Assembly (NCBI GenBank): GCA_030390025.1
Contig: JASTWF010000033.1
Coordinates: 994,001-1,058,000, forward strand
From: Squalus acanthias
Taxonomy: Eukaryota
Direction: 5' to 3'
DNA length: 64,000 nt
The position numbers and the translations under genes are program-made. Positions 23,743 through 36,839 of the stretch are shown piece after piece. A model generated the notes under the pieces. The model worked only from the letters and a program-made list of their open reading frames with translations. It was not told where the DNA came from and ran no database searches. Position 1 is the stretch's first letter; every line of letters starts with the position of its first letter.

Positions 23743-26700
23743 ACATAGAACCATAGCAACAGGAGCAGACCATTCAGCCCCTTCACTGCTCCACCATTCA
23801 ATTACAGCAGGGCTGATCGGTACCCTAACCATATCTACCCGCTCCCGCTCGATATACTTGGATACCCTTGGCTAGCAAAATACCTATCGATCTCTGATTT
23901 AAACTTATTGGCCCAGAATTTTCAATCAGTGGCGAAGTGAAGGCATTCACCGCTGGCCCGGAAATAAGGTTCCCACAACGACCTTACGATCTCTAGGTGG
24001 AGAAGTTCGGGTTTTCCAACATTATATTCAATCAGCGGAGAATAGCGGGGATCCCTTGTGCAAGCCGCTTTGACGGCAACAGGCTGTCTAAGCAGCCAAT
24101 CAAAACACAGAATTCTCACAGACAGCGATCATGGAAGTGGGTAAGCTCTTAAAATTCTAAATTTTTAAAAATGTTAGATAGAGTAAAACAATGATTGGGG
24201 CGCTCACATTGGGAAAAGGCAAACCTGAAATGAAGATGAACAAACTGTGAAAAATATTGTTTCAAAAAATTCTCTATAAATTTATTTTTTACTGAAGCAG
24301 ATAAATTTCACACTGCCAAAATTAAATTTAGTTTTTCAGACTCGTAACCTTTGTTTAGCAGTCAATACGGTTTCAAAAACCCCAGTTGCAACTAATCCAT
24401 TTGGGGTAAAATTTTAGTGGGGAATTTAACAGCGTAATTACTCCGGTCGAGCCGAAGCTTTCGTCAGTTTCGCTGATTTGAGTGATTACACTGACTGATG
24501 GCTATGGCGGGGTGGGGAGGGGGAAGTGTAGCCGTGGGGAGTGGGTTGCGGGGTGGGTGAACAGCGCAACATGTGTCGGAGCAGTGAATGACAGACCTCA
24601 AATTCAGGATTTGCACATACGCCTGCACATACGTCAATTCACGAATTTGCGGTGAGTTTCAAAGGTGGATTGACGGCGAATGCTGCCAGTTACCTGTCAT
24701 CCGTACCACAAATTCTGGGCCATTAATTGCGCCAGCATGTACTGCATTTTGTGGGAGAGAGTTCCACACTTCCACTACTCTTTATTGAAGAATGATTTCA
24801 TACCTTCTCTCTTAAAATGTCTAGCTCTGATTGAAAGGTTATGTCCCCTATCCTAGAATCGCCCAACAGTGGAAAATGTTTCTCTCTACTCTGTCAATTC
24901 CTTCCAAAACCTCAAAATCCTCAATATATTTCACCCGCTAACCTTCTATATTCCATGGAATAGAGGCCTAGTTTATGTAATCTCTCCTCATAATCCAACC
25001 CTTGGAGCCCCAGTAAAATTCTGGTGAATCTGCTCTGCAATCATTCATCGGTCAATATATCCTTTCTAAGGTGCGGTTCCCCACGTTGTACACAGTTCTT
25101 CAGATGTGGTCTAACCAGGGCTTTGTATAGCTGTAGCAAAACATCTTACCATTTATATTATAGCCCTCCAGTTGCAAATTGCTGTCATTCCATTAGCCAT
25201 TTTGATTATCTTTTATCTGACTATTACATTTTAGTAATCTGTGCACATGGACCCCTAAATCTCTTAGGACCTCCACTCTTCCAATATTTTCCAAATATTC
25301 AGATCTATCCTGTTTTGGTACAAAATGTATACTCACACACTTAGGTTTATTGAAATCCATCTGCCACAGTTTAGCTCCTCACTCAATCTATCAAGATGTC
25401 TTCGTAATTTTAAGCTCCGACTACATTACTTACTGTGCTACCCATCTTTGTTTCATCGACAAACTTGCATATGTGGGTCTTGATATTGTTATAAGTCATT
25501 AATAAATAATGTGAATAGTTGAAGGCCCAGCACACATCCTTGTGGATCACCACTAGTCACTTCCTTCCAATTAGAGTACATACTCATTATTCCTACTCTC
25601 TTCTGCCGCCTAACCACTGTCCTAACCAGGACAATAATTTACCTTCAATTCCATGAACTTTAATTTGAGCGAACAGTCGCTTTGGTGGAACCTTCTCGAA
25701 TATATTCTGGAATTCCATATAAACTACATCCATATACATTTCCCTCTCGATCACTTTAGTTACTTCCTCAAAAAAATCAATTAGTATCGTTATACCTGAC
25801 ATACTATTTACGAATCCATGTTGGCTCTCTCTAGTCAGCTCGATATTGACTAAGTGCTCAGTCACTCTGCCCTTAATTATAGATTCCAATAACTTCCCTG
25901 TAACACAAGTTAACTAAAAGGTCCATAATTTCCTGGTTTCTTTCTCACAACTTTCTAAAATATTAGAGTTACAGTTGTAAGTTTCCAATCTAAAATGATA
26001 ATTCCCGAATCGCGATTGCTTTGGAAGATTATGGCCAACGCATCTGCAATTTGCTCATGTAATTCCTTTAAAACTCTGGCTGGAAACCTTCAGGTCCTGA
26101 GGACATCTTAGACTTTAGTGCGATTATTTTTTTCTAATACAGTTTTCTTGCTTACGTTAACATTAGTGAGTTCCAGTACTTGATTCATTACTAGTTTCAG
26201 TGGAATGTTAGGCACATTATCGCCTTCACCTACTGTGAAGACAGACAAACATTAATAATTCAACAAGTCTGCCATTTTCGTATTTGAATTTGCGATATTA
26301 CCTACATATGTTTCTAAATAAAACTCATTGCCCGTGACTATGTATTTTTCTTCTGATATCTTTGTAAAACACGTTTCGTGTTAATCTTGGTTACTCTCAC
26401 AAGCTTCTTTTATACTCATTTTTGCAACTCTTACTTTCATTTTTTGTCTTGCTTTGTTGTTATTTATGTTTATTCCAATCCTCTGGATCTACACTGTTCT
26501 TTGCACTTTTGCACGCTATTTCCTATCGTTTTATGTTATCTCTCAACTCTATGTCGACCATGTCTGTTTTAATTGGTAAGTAGAGCTCTTGCCCTTTAGG
26601 GGTATATACTGGTCTTGTATTAAACTAAAATACATTCTGAATACCTGCCGCTGTTCATCTGTGCTCTTACTCGATAACAATTTTGACCAGATTGCAGTCG

Positions 26701-26800
26701 TCAGTCTCTGTTTCTTCCAGTTAAAGTTACCAAAATGTACAATCTTAAAATTATGTTACGTTTCTGCTTTAAAACCGAACATTGTATTTGATCATATTAT
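23743..26800 (-). mobile_element. Degraded CR1 LINE interrupted by a MITE
   Basis: 3' tail ACATAGAACCATAG; remnants ESQHGFV, DVVYMEFQ and HGIEGKLLSWL. Confidence 0.8.
23910..24721. mobile_element. Non-autonomous DNA transposon (PIF/Harbinger-like MITE)
   Basis: TIR GGCCCAGAATTT...AAATTCTGGGCC; 3-bp TSD ATT (23907-23909 and 24722-24724); the flanking CR1 sequence rejoins across it. Confidence 0.8.
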
Positions 26801-27259
26801 GCCTACTGTTAGATAATAGTTATCATACTGTTATATTATTAACTAAGACTGGATCATTGTTCATTACTAAATCAACTAAATGTTGTTGGTTCTTCAACAT
26901 ATTTCTCCAGAAAACTATCTTGAATTATCTCAATATATTCACTACTTTCCCGACTTGAGCTACTCTGCTCTTCCCATGTTAGCTGAAAATTAAAGTCTCC
27001 AATTTACACAACCCTGCTTTTGCTACAATCCTCTTTAATCTCTGATTTAACACATGCTGTATCTGCATTGCTGCTATCGGGAAGCCTGTAGATAACTCCC
27101 GTTAAAGCTTTAAGTAGTTGCTTATTCCTAAATTCCCAACACAGACTCTCAGCTGATTACTTTACCTTACCTATATCCTCTCTCACTAATGCTGTAATAT
27201 GCGATTCATCATTTAGGCTGTCCCTCCTCCTCTTACAGTTTATCTATCCTTTCTACAGA

Positions 27260-28885
27260 ACACTATCACTAAGGAAAAAGTACTAAGCACACTAATGAGA
27301 CTAAAGTTTGTAAAAGTCACCTGTACCTGAAGGACTACCTCCTAGGGTCTTAAAAGAAGTGGCTGTAGAGATAGTGGATAAATTGGTTGTAATCTACCAA
27401 AATTCCCTGGATTATGGAGAGGTCCCAGCCTACTGAAAAACCGCAAATGTAAAGCCCCTATTCAAGAAAGGAGGGAGACAGAACGCAGGAAACTATAGAC
27501 CAGTTAGCCTAACATCTGTCATTGGGAAAATGCTGGAGTCCATTATTAAGAAAGTAGCAGCAGGACATTTAGAAAATCATAATACAATCAAACAGACTCA
27601 GCAGGGGTGTATGAAAGTGAAATCATGTTTTACATATTTGCTAGAGTTCTTTGAGGATGTAACGAGCAGGGTGGATAAAGGGGAACTAGTAGACGTAGAG
27701 TATTTGGATTTCCAGAAGGCATTCGATAAGGTGCCACATAAAAGGTTACTGCACAAGATAAGAGCTCACGGGGTTGAGGGTAATATATTAGCATAGTTAG
27801 AGGTTTGGCTAACCAACAGAGAACAGAAAAGTCGGGATAAATGGGTCATTTTAAAGTTGGCAAACTTTAACTAGTGAGATGCCACAGGAATCATTGCTGG
27901 GGCCTCAACTATTTACAATCAATATTATTGACTTGGATGTAGGGACCGAGTGTAATGTAGCGAAATTTGCTGATGATAAAAAGATAGGTGGGAAAGAAGG
28001 ACACAAAGAATCTGAAAAGGGATACAGATTGTTTAAGTGAGTGGTAAAAAAATTGGCAGATGGAGTAAAATGTGAGAAAATGTGAGGTTATCCACTTTGG
28101 TCGGAAAAATAAAGGAAAGCAAATTATTATTTAAATGGAGGGAAACTGCAAAATGTAAAGAGGGATCTGGGGGTCCTTGTACATGGAACACAAAAAGTTA
28201 GCATGCAGGTAAAGCAAGTAATTGGGAAGGCAAATGTAATGTTGGCCTTTATTGCAAGGGGGACGAAGTATAAATGTAGGGAAGTCTTGCTACAACTGTA
28301 CAGGGCGTTGGTGAGACCACACCTGGAGTACTGCGAACAGTTTTGGTCTGCTTATTTAAGGAGAGATATACTTGCATTAGAGGCAGTTCATAGAAGGTTC
28401 ACTAGGTTGATTCCTGAGATGAGGGGGTTGTCTTATGAAGAGAGGTTTAGCAGGTTGGGCCTTTACTCATTGGAGTTTTGAAGAATGAGAGATGGTGTTA
28501 TTGAAATATATAAGATTCTGAGGGGACTTGACAGGGTAGATACAGAGAGGATGGTACCCCTCGTGGGGGAATCTCGAACTAGGGGGCATAGTTTCAAAAT
28601 AAGGCAACGTCCATTTAAAACGGAGATGAGGAGATATTTCTTCTCTCAGAAGGTCGTGAATCTTTGGAATTCTAGACCCCACAGAGCGGTGGAGGCTGTG
28701 TCATTGAATATATTTAAGGTGGATTAGACAGCTTTTTCAACTATAGGGTAGTCAAGGGTTATGGGGAGCGGGCAGGGAAGTGGAGTTGAGGCCAAGATCA
28801 GATCAGTCATGATCTTATTGATGTCAGAGCAGGATCGAGGGGCCAAATGGCCTACTCCTGCTGTTATTTCTTATATTCTTATGTT
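27260..28885 (+). mobile_element. Degraded CR1 LINE (RT to 3' tail)
   Basis: Remnants YLDFQKAFDKVPHKRL and YRALVRPHLEYC; CR1 3'UTR. Confidence 0.9.
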
Positions 28886-28979
28886 CATATAACCAGGAAT
28901 ATTTAACTCCCGATAATGACCAGATTACACCATGTCCCAGTAATGGCCACCATATCGTACCCTCTAAGCTGCATTGAAA

Positions 28980-29870
28980 AACATAAGCAATAGGAGCAGG
29001 ATTAGTCCATTCGGCCCTTAGAGCCGACTCCGCCATTCAATAAGATCGTAGCTGATCTGTTGCCTCAACTCCACTTTCCCGCACTTTCCCCATACCCTTT
29101 AATTCCCTACGTTGTCAAATATTTATCGATGTCTGTCTTGAATATACTCACGACTGAGCCTCCACAGCCCTGTGGTGTAGAGTTTTCCAAAGATTCACCG
29201 CCCTCTGATTGAAGAATTTTCTACTCATCTCAGTCGGAAATGTAAGACCTCTCATTCTGTGACTGTGTCCCCTGGTTTTAGACTCCCCAGCCCGGGAAAA
29301 CCCCCTCCCAGCATCTACATGTTTCAATTAAATCACCTCAATTCTTCTAAATTCTAGAGAATATAATCCTCGTCTATACAATCAACCTCATAGGACAATC
29401 CCCTCGTCCCAAGCAATCAGTCTGATGGACATTCGTTGCACTCCCTCTATGGCAAGTTTATCCTTCCTCAAATAAGAAGACTGATACTTTACACAGTACG
29501 TCACGACTGGTCTTACCAAGGACTTATATAATTGCACTAAGACATATTTACTCTTATACTCCAATCCTTTTTTAATAAAGGCTAACGTACCATTTGCTTT
29601 CCTAATTGCTTGCTGCACCTGCATGCTGACTTGCAGTGTACAAGGGCACCCAGTTCCCTCTGAATCCCAACATGCCGCAATATCTCATCATTTAAAAAAT
29701 ACTGTTTTTCTATATTTCCTACCAAAGTGGATAACTTCAGATTTCTCCATATTATATTCCATCTGCCATGTTCTTTCCCACTCACTTAACCTGTCTATAT
29801 CGCTTTGCATCATCTTTGCATCCTGCTCACAACTTACTTTGCCACCTAGCTTTGTAGTTTCAGCAAACTC
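28980..29870 (-). mobile_element. Degraded CR1 3' fragment, tail-to-tail with the previous copy
   Basis: MQVQQAIRKANGTLAFIKKGLEYK. Confidence 0.85.
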
Positions 29871-30099
29871 GGTTCCATTTGAGACATTTGAACCTCTAAT
29901 ACACTAAATTTATTTGTTATAGCCCTACTTTAGTATATAATACTCTTATTTGGGAAAGAGACCATAACCTGACCTTTTCACCTGATGCTGTATTAATTAC
30001 ACCATTTAACTTAACATACATCTGATCTGTCACTTCTGCTGTAAATATTGTAATGAGTTTAGTGTTCTGTTCATTTGGAGTATCACATTGGGGACCATT

Positions 30100-30485
30100 C
30101 AAGTCCTCAGGACTTCGTAACGTGCCTTACAGTTAACAAAGTAATTTTAAAGTGAAGTCATTGCAGTAATGTCAGGAAATGCGAAAGTCAAATTGCGCAG
30201 AGCAAGGTCCCACAAACACTAATACGATAAATGACCAGATGTGCCAAAATTGGGCATGGGCGGAGGGACACGAAACGACCGGTATCTCATCATCGCCTCT
30301 TATACGCTGGGCCCGATATTCACTTACATTGATTTCACTAGAAATGAATATCGTGCTTGTCGTATAATGGTCGGCAAATGTGATTCGCCTGTTTGCGATC
30401 CCTTCCGTGTCCAACTGCACCCCCAATGAGCTGTTGTAATTCTGTTTGTTCAGCAATAATTACTGACCAGGACACCGGAAGAATA
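30100..30485 (-). mobile_element. DeuSINE/SacSINE1-like remnant interrupted by a palindromic MITE
   Basis: AAATTGCGCAGAGCAAGGTCCCACAAAC..AATGACCAGAT, then the insert, then ..TGACCAGGACACCGG, matching the DeuSINE consensus as recalled. Confidence 0.6.
30241..30424. mobile_element. Palindromic MITE-like element related to 21547-21732
   Basis: Core TTATACG-N7-CGATATTCA...TGAATATCG-N7-CGTATAA, with outer arms CGGAGGGA/TCCCTTCCG. Confidence 0.65.
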
Positions 30486-32040
30486 GAGATGCCATGCAAG
30501 GCCGATTCGTGTAAAAATTTGAAACTCTTTAGCAAACCCCGAGCTCAGTTACTGTTTTACTTGTGGAGCCGAGCCCATTAGAGACAGGCAACTAGAGCTC
30601 TAACCTGAACGACGACCGCCTCACCCCTCCCCTTGTGTTCAGGTCAGGAAGTTCCCGCACTGGGCGCAAAACAACGCCATCAGGAGTAGTAAAGACACCC
30701 GGCAGAAGATTGACAGCGCACAAACCGGCTGTGAAAAAACCCCACATTGAAGACAATAAATGTTGAAGAAAATTTCAACCAACAGAGCAACCAACATATG
30801 CGATGCCCATCAATGACAGAAGGCAAGTAAAGATGGACTGGACACTGCACTGGCTGTATTCTATGTGTGTCCGGGTATATTGAAGAGAAGAGTGGAAGCA
30901 GTCGGAACATTGCCTCTGCTGATTTTACACATCCTGCAGTGTGAATGGTGGAATTTACCAATGCCAGGGGCAGCCCCTCCTCGACATCTTTCAATCTACA
31001 AACCACACTCTGCAGATTAAATGCTAAAACAGTTTTATCTGAAGCAGAACAGGAGGGCAGACACAATGTTAGTTACTTGTTTCAAGTATTCAGCTGATGT
31101 CTTTCCAGCGAGCAACGGTCGCAAACCCAGATCCCCCGCGGTGTCACACGCAGCTCCGGATACACAGTCTTGCACTGGGGACACCGGTTCAACACCAGTT
31201 CGTAAACGGCAGCAGGTATTATATGTTACTGTCTGTGCACCAACACAGACAGAGGATTGTTCCAGCTCAATACCTGATTATTACATTGCGCAGATCGTTG
31301 AATTAACTTCCCCCATTATTTAGCCCATTATAAATCTTATACAGCTTTACCTGTTTACCCCTGTCGCTACTTCAGATTAACAGCAGTCAAATTCCCTATG
31401 ACAAATTTAGCAATAACAAACAACAACTTTATTTTAATTTTGCTGGACAGCCTTCTACCTACTTCTCAATAATAGAGACGTCAGAAAAAAGAGGTAAAAC
31501 GAGGCAACGCCAGTTAATATTCAAAGAGATGGTGTAACGTCACGACACTGCGAACGAGACAGCGGCACCGCTCCTTATGCCCAGGAAACGGGATGAAGTA
31601 GTCGGAACAGCTGCAATCAGTCCAAGCAACATTTTCATCAAACCTGATAGAAAAAATAAGGTCACCAGGAGTTCTAAACCACCGAATCTTATCCTAAATC
31701 TGGCGGATATTCCTGTCAATTACACGGTAGAATTAAATTACAGTCCTCGCTCTGTCAGATATTAAACCGTTGATCAAATATTCTATTCCATTATTAAACT
31801 TCATTCATCACTGACACTTTTCGTACTAAAGCCGGAATGTCCTTATTGGACAGGAGTCATCAGTTAATGAACTGTGCAATCTCAAGGTCAATGTTGGGTT
31901 AAACGCAACAAGGAGCACAGATATAGTGACGTACTTCGGAGATTTTACAAGAACCATCTTCGTGAAGCTGTAAGGATTGCGAACCCTAGTCTAATCTGGA
32001 GTAGGAGCTAAAAGTGAATTGTGATGTTCCAAAAGGAGCT

Positions 32041-33472
32041 CTAGCTCGTATTTCTTTTATTTTTAACAAATCTTAGAATCAGTGTCCAGGGAGATTTCAG
32101 CACCTTCTTCAGCTCTTCTCTGAATTTCCTCTGGCTCGCTGCATAAATACACGGGTTAAAACAGGAACTCAAAAGCTTCAGCATGGCTCCGGTTTCAGTG
32201 GCGATATAGGCTGGATTTGTGCAGTCGCCTCGGTAATAATTGGGGTTTGTCAGTCCGGCAGTTGCAAAACTAACGACAAATGTCAACACAACAGTATAAA
32301 ACTGCCCGAAATAGTGAAGAGTAAAATGATGGATTTCCTTCGGTTCTCCATCTCTGGATCGCTCTGATTCTCACTCCGGTGAGCCCGGAGTCCACTCCGG
32401 GCTCTGCTGGCCACTAAAATGCGTCTGTTTGTCAAATAATTACACAAGGCGATTAAAGTAAAAGGAAGCCAAGCTACCCAGACGTTGTGAAACCAGCAGT
32501 ACGCTGCACCTGGAGTTGAGGAAAAGAAAGCTACACTTGACCGGCAGCCCCACTGCACCTTGTTAATTATTTGCTGAGGTTCATATGCAAACATAAAGGT
32601 AATGTTCTTTAACAAGATCAGAACAGAGAACGTTGTTACAACCGCGACCGCTTTTCTCGCGGTGCAATACTTTACTTTAATGTTCTGGCAGCAGATAACT
32701 ACACATCGATCAAATGTGGAGGAGACGGTGAACCAAACAGACAAATCGAGGTTGACAGCAGTGATGTATAGAATCAACTTACACACGGGAGTGTGGGACA
32801 GGAATGAAAGTGGAAAGTGATAACTGAAAATATAATACACCATTACACTGAAGATCATGACCAGTAGATCTACTGTTGCCATGGCCACCATGTAGACAGA
32901 GATACACTTGGAAAGGCCGCAGTTTCCTCGGGAGAGAATCACAATTGTCACCAAGTTCGCTGTAAGAAAGAGAGAGGAGAGAAATAATGTTCCAGTGTCT
33001 GATTGAAATATATATGGAGATCCCTGTGGAGAGTGTTTCACTCCATTCAGTGTGATTATCCACACGGAGCAGTGTGAGAACAGGATTAGTTTTGGAGCCA
33101 TTACCTGGGAAACCCAACCACACATTTTAATGAGCTGCTGCAGCGCTCACTCTGCACGGGGTGACAAGGCGGTCCGGAAATCCGCTAAAATCCTTGTATT
33201 GGAGCTTCAAAGAACTTTGTAACATCATTAACTTGTTCATATTAAGGGAACACGGAAGTGTGGACCCGCGGTTCACTAGTAGGTCCAGTCACTGCTGACT
33301 GTGTAATGCTGACATCGGAGAACGCGTTACCTTAACCAACAGGCAGTAAGAAGAAGGACACAGTTAACGCCGATTAACAATAAACAGGTTACAATGGCTC
33401 ACCGGGGAAAGCGACAGCTGCGAGAGTCGGGTAGTAAATATCTTTGATCAGCAGAATAGTTGGTTGCCCCAT
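32041..33472 (-). pseudogene. GPR139/GPR142-like GPCR, paralog 2: exon 1 33472-33403, exon 2 32959-32041, 1-nt frameshift at ~32286
   Basis: Exon 1 MGQPTILLIKDIYYPTLAAVAFP with GTGAG donor, TTACAG acceptor, then ANLVTIVIL..TFDRCVVIC..SGSFILL. Expected TGG-TTG reads TGTTG; the downstream frame gives LTFVVSF..FNPCIYAA. Confidence 0.85.
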
Positions 33473-34484
33473 TTCCTGAGAAAGGATGAATTCTGTCGGA
33501 GCTGAAGGGCTCTGACTGGCGCACGGCTGAGGCAATGGAAGGGAACCTACAATTATCCACACATCAATCCTTCAGCGAGTAAATCAGGGTAAATCATAAT
33601 TAACATTAGTTACAGTCATTTAACAAATAGGCTCAGGCAAATAGTTTTTTTTTTGTCTGATACGTCAGATTAAGAGAAATGTTTGAAATTGTTATTGGAA
33701 ATTTTCAAAAAACACTCTTTGCAAGTAAAAAGTGTAATCTCGCAATATTGGTGCTGACCCTCTTCCCCTGGAGTAGTGAAGACAGCTCCCCATGCACTTC
33801 GCACCCTGACCCTGCGCTTGACTCAATCCTAGTGCTCCAACTCATCCAGAACAGGCGGTGAACCAAATCTTGCAATGTTGGTGATGACCCCAATCCGGCA
33901 GCATTAAAAGTAACGGTGTTCCTCCTGTAGTTGTAGCACACCTACACTTAGGGTGATCGTGCTACTCCTGTACTAGTGGAGCCCTACACTTACACTAGTG
34001 GAGAAAGTGCACCTTCGGTGCTAGTGGCAATCTACATTTACAGGAAGGTGACCGTCCTCCTCCAGCACTAGTGGTGGCCCTGCACTTAAACTAGTGGTGA
34101 ACCTGTTCGTTCGGTACTGGTCGTTCCATAAACTTACACCAGTGGAGATCTTGCTTCTAATATACTAGTGGTGCCCCTCCACTAAACGAGATGTGACCCT
34201 GCTCCTCCAGTAATAGGGTGTGTACAGTTATGCCAGAGGTAACAATGCTCTTCCACTGCTATAGCTGATTATATTCCTGTTCGAGGCTCCATGCTTGTTG
34301 CACTGACTGTGATCCAACTACTGCACTTATGGCGGTTACTCTAATTTTAAAGCACGGGTGGAACACCTACTGCTGGGACACAAGTACTGACCAGTTTTGC
34401 AGCAATGGTGGTATAGGTACTGCTTGGACAGAATTAATGATCAGTTTTGCAGTACTGTTGGTATATGCACTGGGGGACACAAGT

Positions 34485-36635
34485 AAGAACATAAGCAATA
34501 GGAGCAGGGGTAGGCCCATCGGCTCTTGGAGCCTGCTCCGCCATTCAATAAGATCATGACTGATCTTCTACCTGAGCTCCAGCTTCCCGCCCGATCCCCA
34601 TATACCTTGACTCAATAGTATCCAAAAATCTATCGATCGCTGACTTGAATATGCTCAACGACTGAACATCCACAGCCCTCTGGGGTGGAAAATTTGAAAG
34701 ATTCGCCACACTTTGAGTGAAGAAATGTCTCCTGCTCTCATTTCTATAGGGGCAACACGGTGGCATAGTGGTTAGCACTGTTGCCTCACAGGACCAGGGA
34801 CCCGGGTTCCAATCCGGCCTCGGGTGACTGTCTGTGTGGAGTTTGCGCAATCTCCCCGTGTCTGCGTGCGTTTCATCCGGGTGCTCCGGTTTCCTCCCAC
34901 AGTCCAAAGATGTGCGGGTTAGGTTGATTTTGGCTATGATAAATTGACCCTTAGTGTTAGGGGGGATTAAATACGTGGGGTTACAGGGATAGGGTGGGAT
35001 ATGTTAGGGGAGATTAAATACGTGGGGTTACGGGGATAGGGTGGGATATGTGTCGGTGCAGGCTCGATGGGCCGAAATGGCCTCTATCTGCACTGTGGTG
35101 ATACTGTGATTCTATATGGGCGATCACTTATTTTGAGACAGTGACGCCTAATGCTATACTTACCAGACAGGGGATTCATCCTCCCAGCATCTTTTCTGTC
35201 AAGCTCTTTCTAAACTCTAGGAAATATAGGCCTTGGTCTACTCAATATCTCCTCATAGGACATCCCAGGATTCAGTCTATTAAATCTTCGTTGCACTCCC
35301 TCCAAGTTAAGTATATCATTCTTTAGATAAGGAGGCCAAAACTGTGCACAGTACTCCAGGTGTGGTCTCACCAGGGCCCTATATAATTGCAGTAAGACTT
35401 CTCCAATCTAATACTCCAAACCTTTTTTAATAAATGCTGATATACCATTTGCTTTCATAATTGCTTGCTGTACCTGCATGTAAACTTTCAGTGATTTGTG
35501 TACAAGGACACACGAATCTCTCTGAACACCAACATTTCCCAATCTCTCGCCATTTAAAAATATTCTGCTTTTCTATTTTTCCTGCCAAACTGGTTAACTT
35601 CACATTTCTCCACGTTATATTTCATCTGCCATGGTCTTGACCACTCACTTAACATGTCTATGTCCCTTTGCAGCCTCTGTGCCTCATCCTCACAACTTAC
35701 TTTCCAACCTAAAGTTGTAACGTCAGCAAACTTGGATAATTTATATTCCGTCCCCTCATCTAAGTCCTTAATATAGATTGTAAAAATCTGAGGCCCAAGC
35801 ACTGATCCTTGCGGTACCACACTAGTTACAGCCAGCAATCCCGATAATGAACCATTTATTCCTAATCTCTGTTTGCTGTACTTTTACAAATCCTCAATCC
35901 ACGCTAACATAATACCCCCAACCCATAAGACCAAATATTTTGTAATAACCTCTTGTGTGGCATCTTATCGAATGCTTTCCCTTTATCTACCCTGTTAGTT
36001 ACAACCTCAAAACAACTCTATTAGATTTGTCAAACAAGTTTTCCCTTCAAATTAATCCATGTTGACTCTGCCCAAATATATTATGATTTTATAAGTTGCC
36101 ACGCCCCTAATAAAAGATTTTACCATTTTCACAACTAATTATGTCAGGCTAACTGGCCTACAGTTCACTGTTTTCACTCTCCAAGCTTTCTTGAATGGCC
36201 GGGTTACCTGTGATACCTTGCAATCTGCGGGGTTCATTTTAGAATCTAGGGAATTTTGGAAGATCACAACCAATGCATTCACTATATCTTCAGACACCAC
36301 TTTGAAAATCCTAGGATGCAGGCCATCAGGTCCAGGGGATTGTTCGGCTTTTAGTTCCATCACTATCTCAATTATTATTTATTTACGAACACTAATTTCT
36401 TTGAATTCATCATTCTCACGAGACCCCTGGTTTCCCATTATTTCGGAATGTTGTTTTTCTCTTCTTCCATGAAAACAGATAGAAAGTATTTGTTTAATGT
36501 CGCTGCCATTTCCTTATTCCCCATGATAATTTCTCCTGTATCTGCCTGTCAGGGACGCGCGTTTACATTCGCTAATCTCTTTAATTTACATACCTATATA
36601 ATGTTTACAATGTCATTCATGTTTTTGCCAGTTTA
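34485..36635 (-). mobile_element. Degraded CR1 LINE with a SINE insertion
   Basis: Remnants [16 protein letters not shown] and SPGPDGLHPR. Confidence 0.85.
34749..35109 (+). mobile_element. tRNA-derived V-SINE (HE1-like)
   Basis: A box TGGCATAGTGG, B box GGTTCCAATCC, V-domain TGTGTGGAGTTTG..GGGTGCTCCGGTTTCCTCCCAC, CR1-like tail, TSD TTCTATA (34742-34748 and 35110-35116), and an internal ~46-bp duplication. Confidence 0.9.
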
Positions 36636-36839
36636 ATTCTGCACGTGAATACACGTAGCATAAGATATAATTTAGAAGCACTAATTCAGTTTAAAGCTAT
36701 GATGTATTAGCCATTGCTGAGACATTGTTACAAACTGTGAGCTTAACATTCCAGCTTACAGGATCTTTAGAAAGGACAGGAAACGTAAACAAAATTACAG
36801 CAGCAGAATGAAACAGTTTCAGTAAAGGATGATCAAGAA

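Noticed and set aside
30600..31330. Promoter-like GC patch and short ORFs
   Set aside because: No recognisable protein motif or exon structure.
34749..34825. tRNA gene
   Set aside because: It is the tRNA-derived head of a SINE, with a V-domain and TSD.
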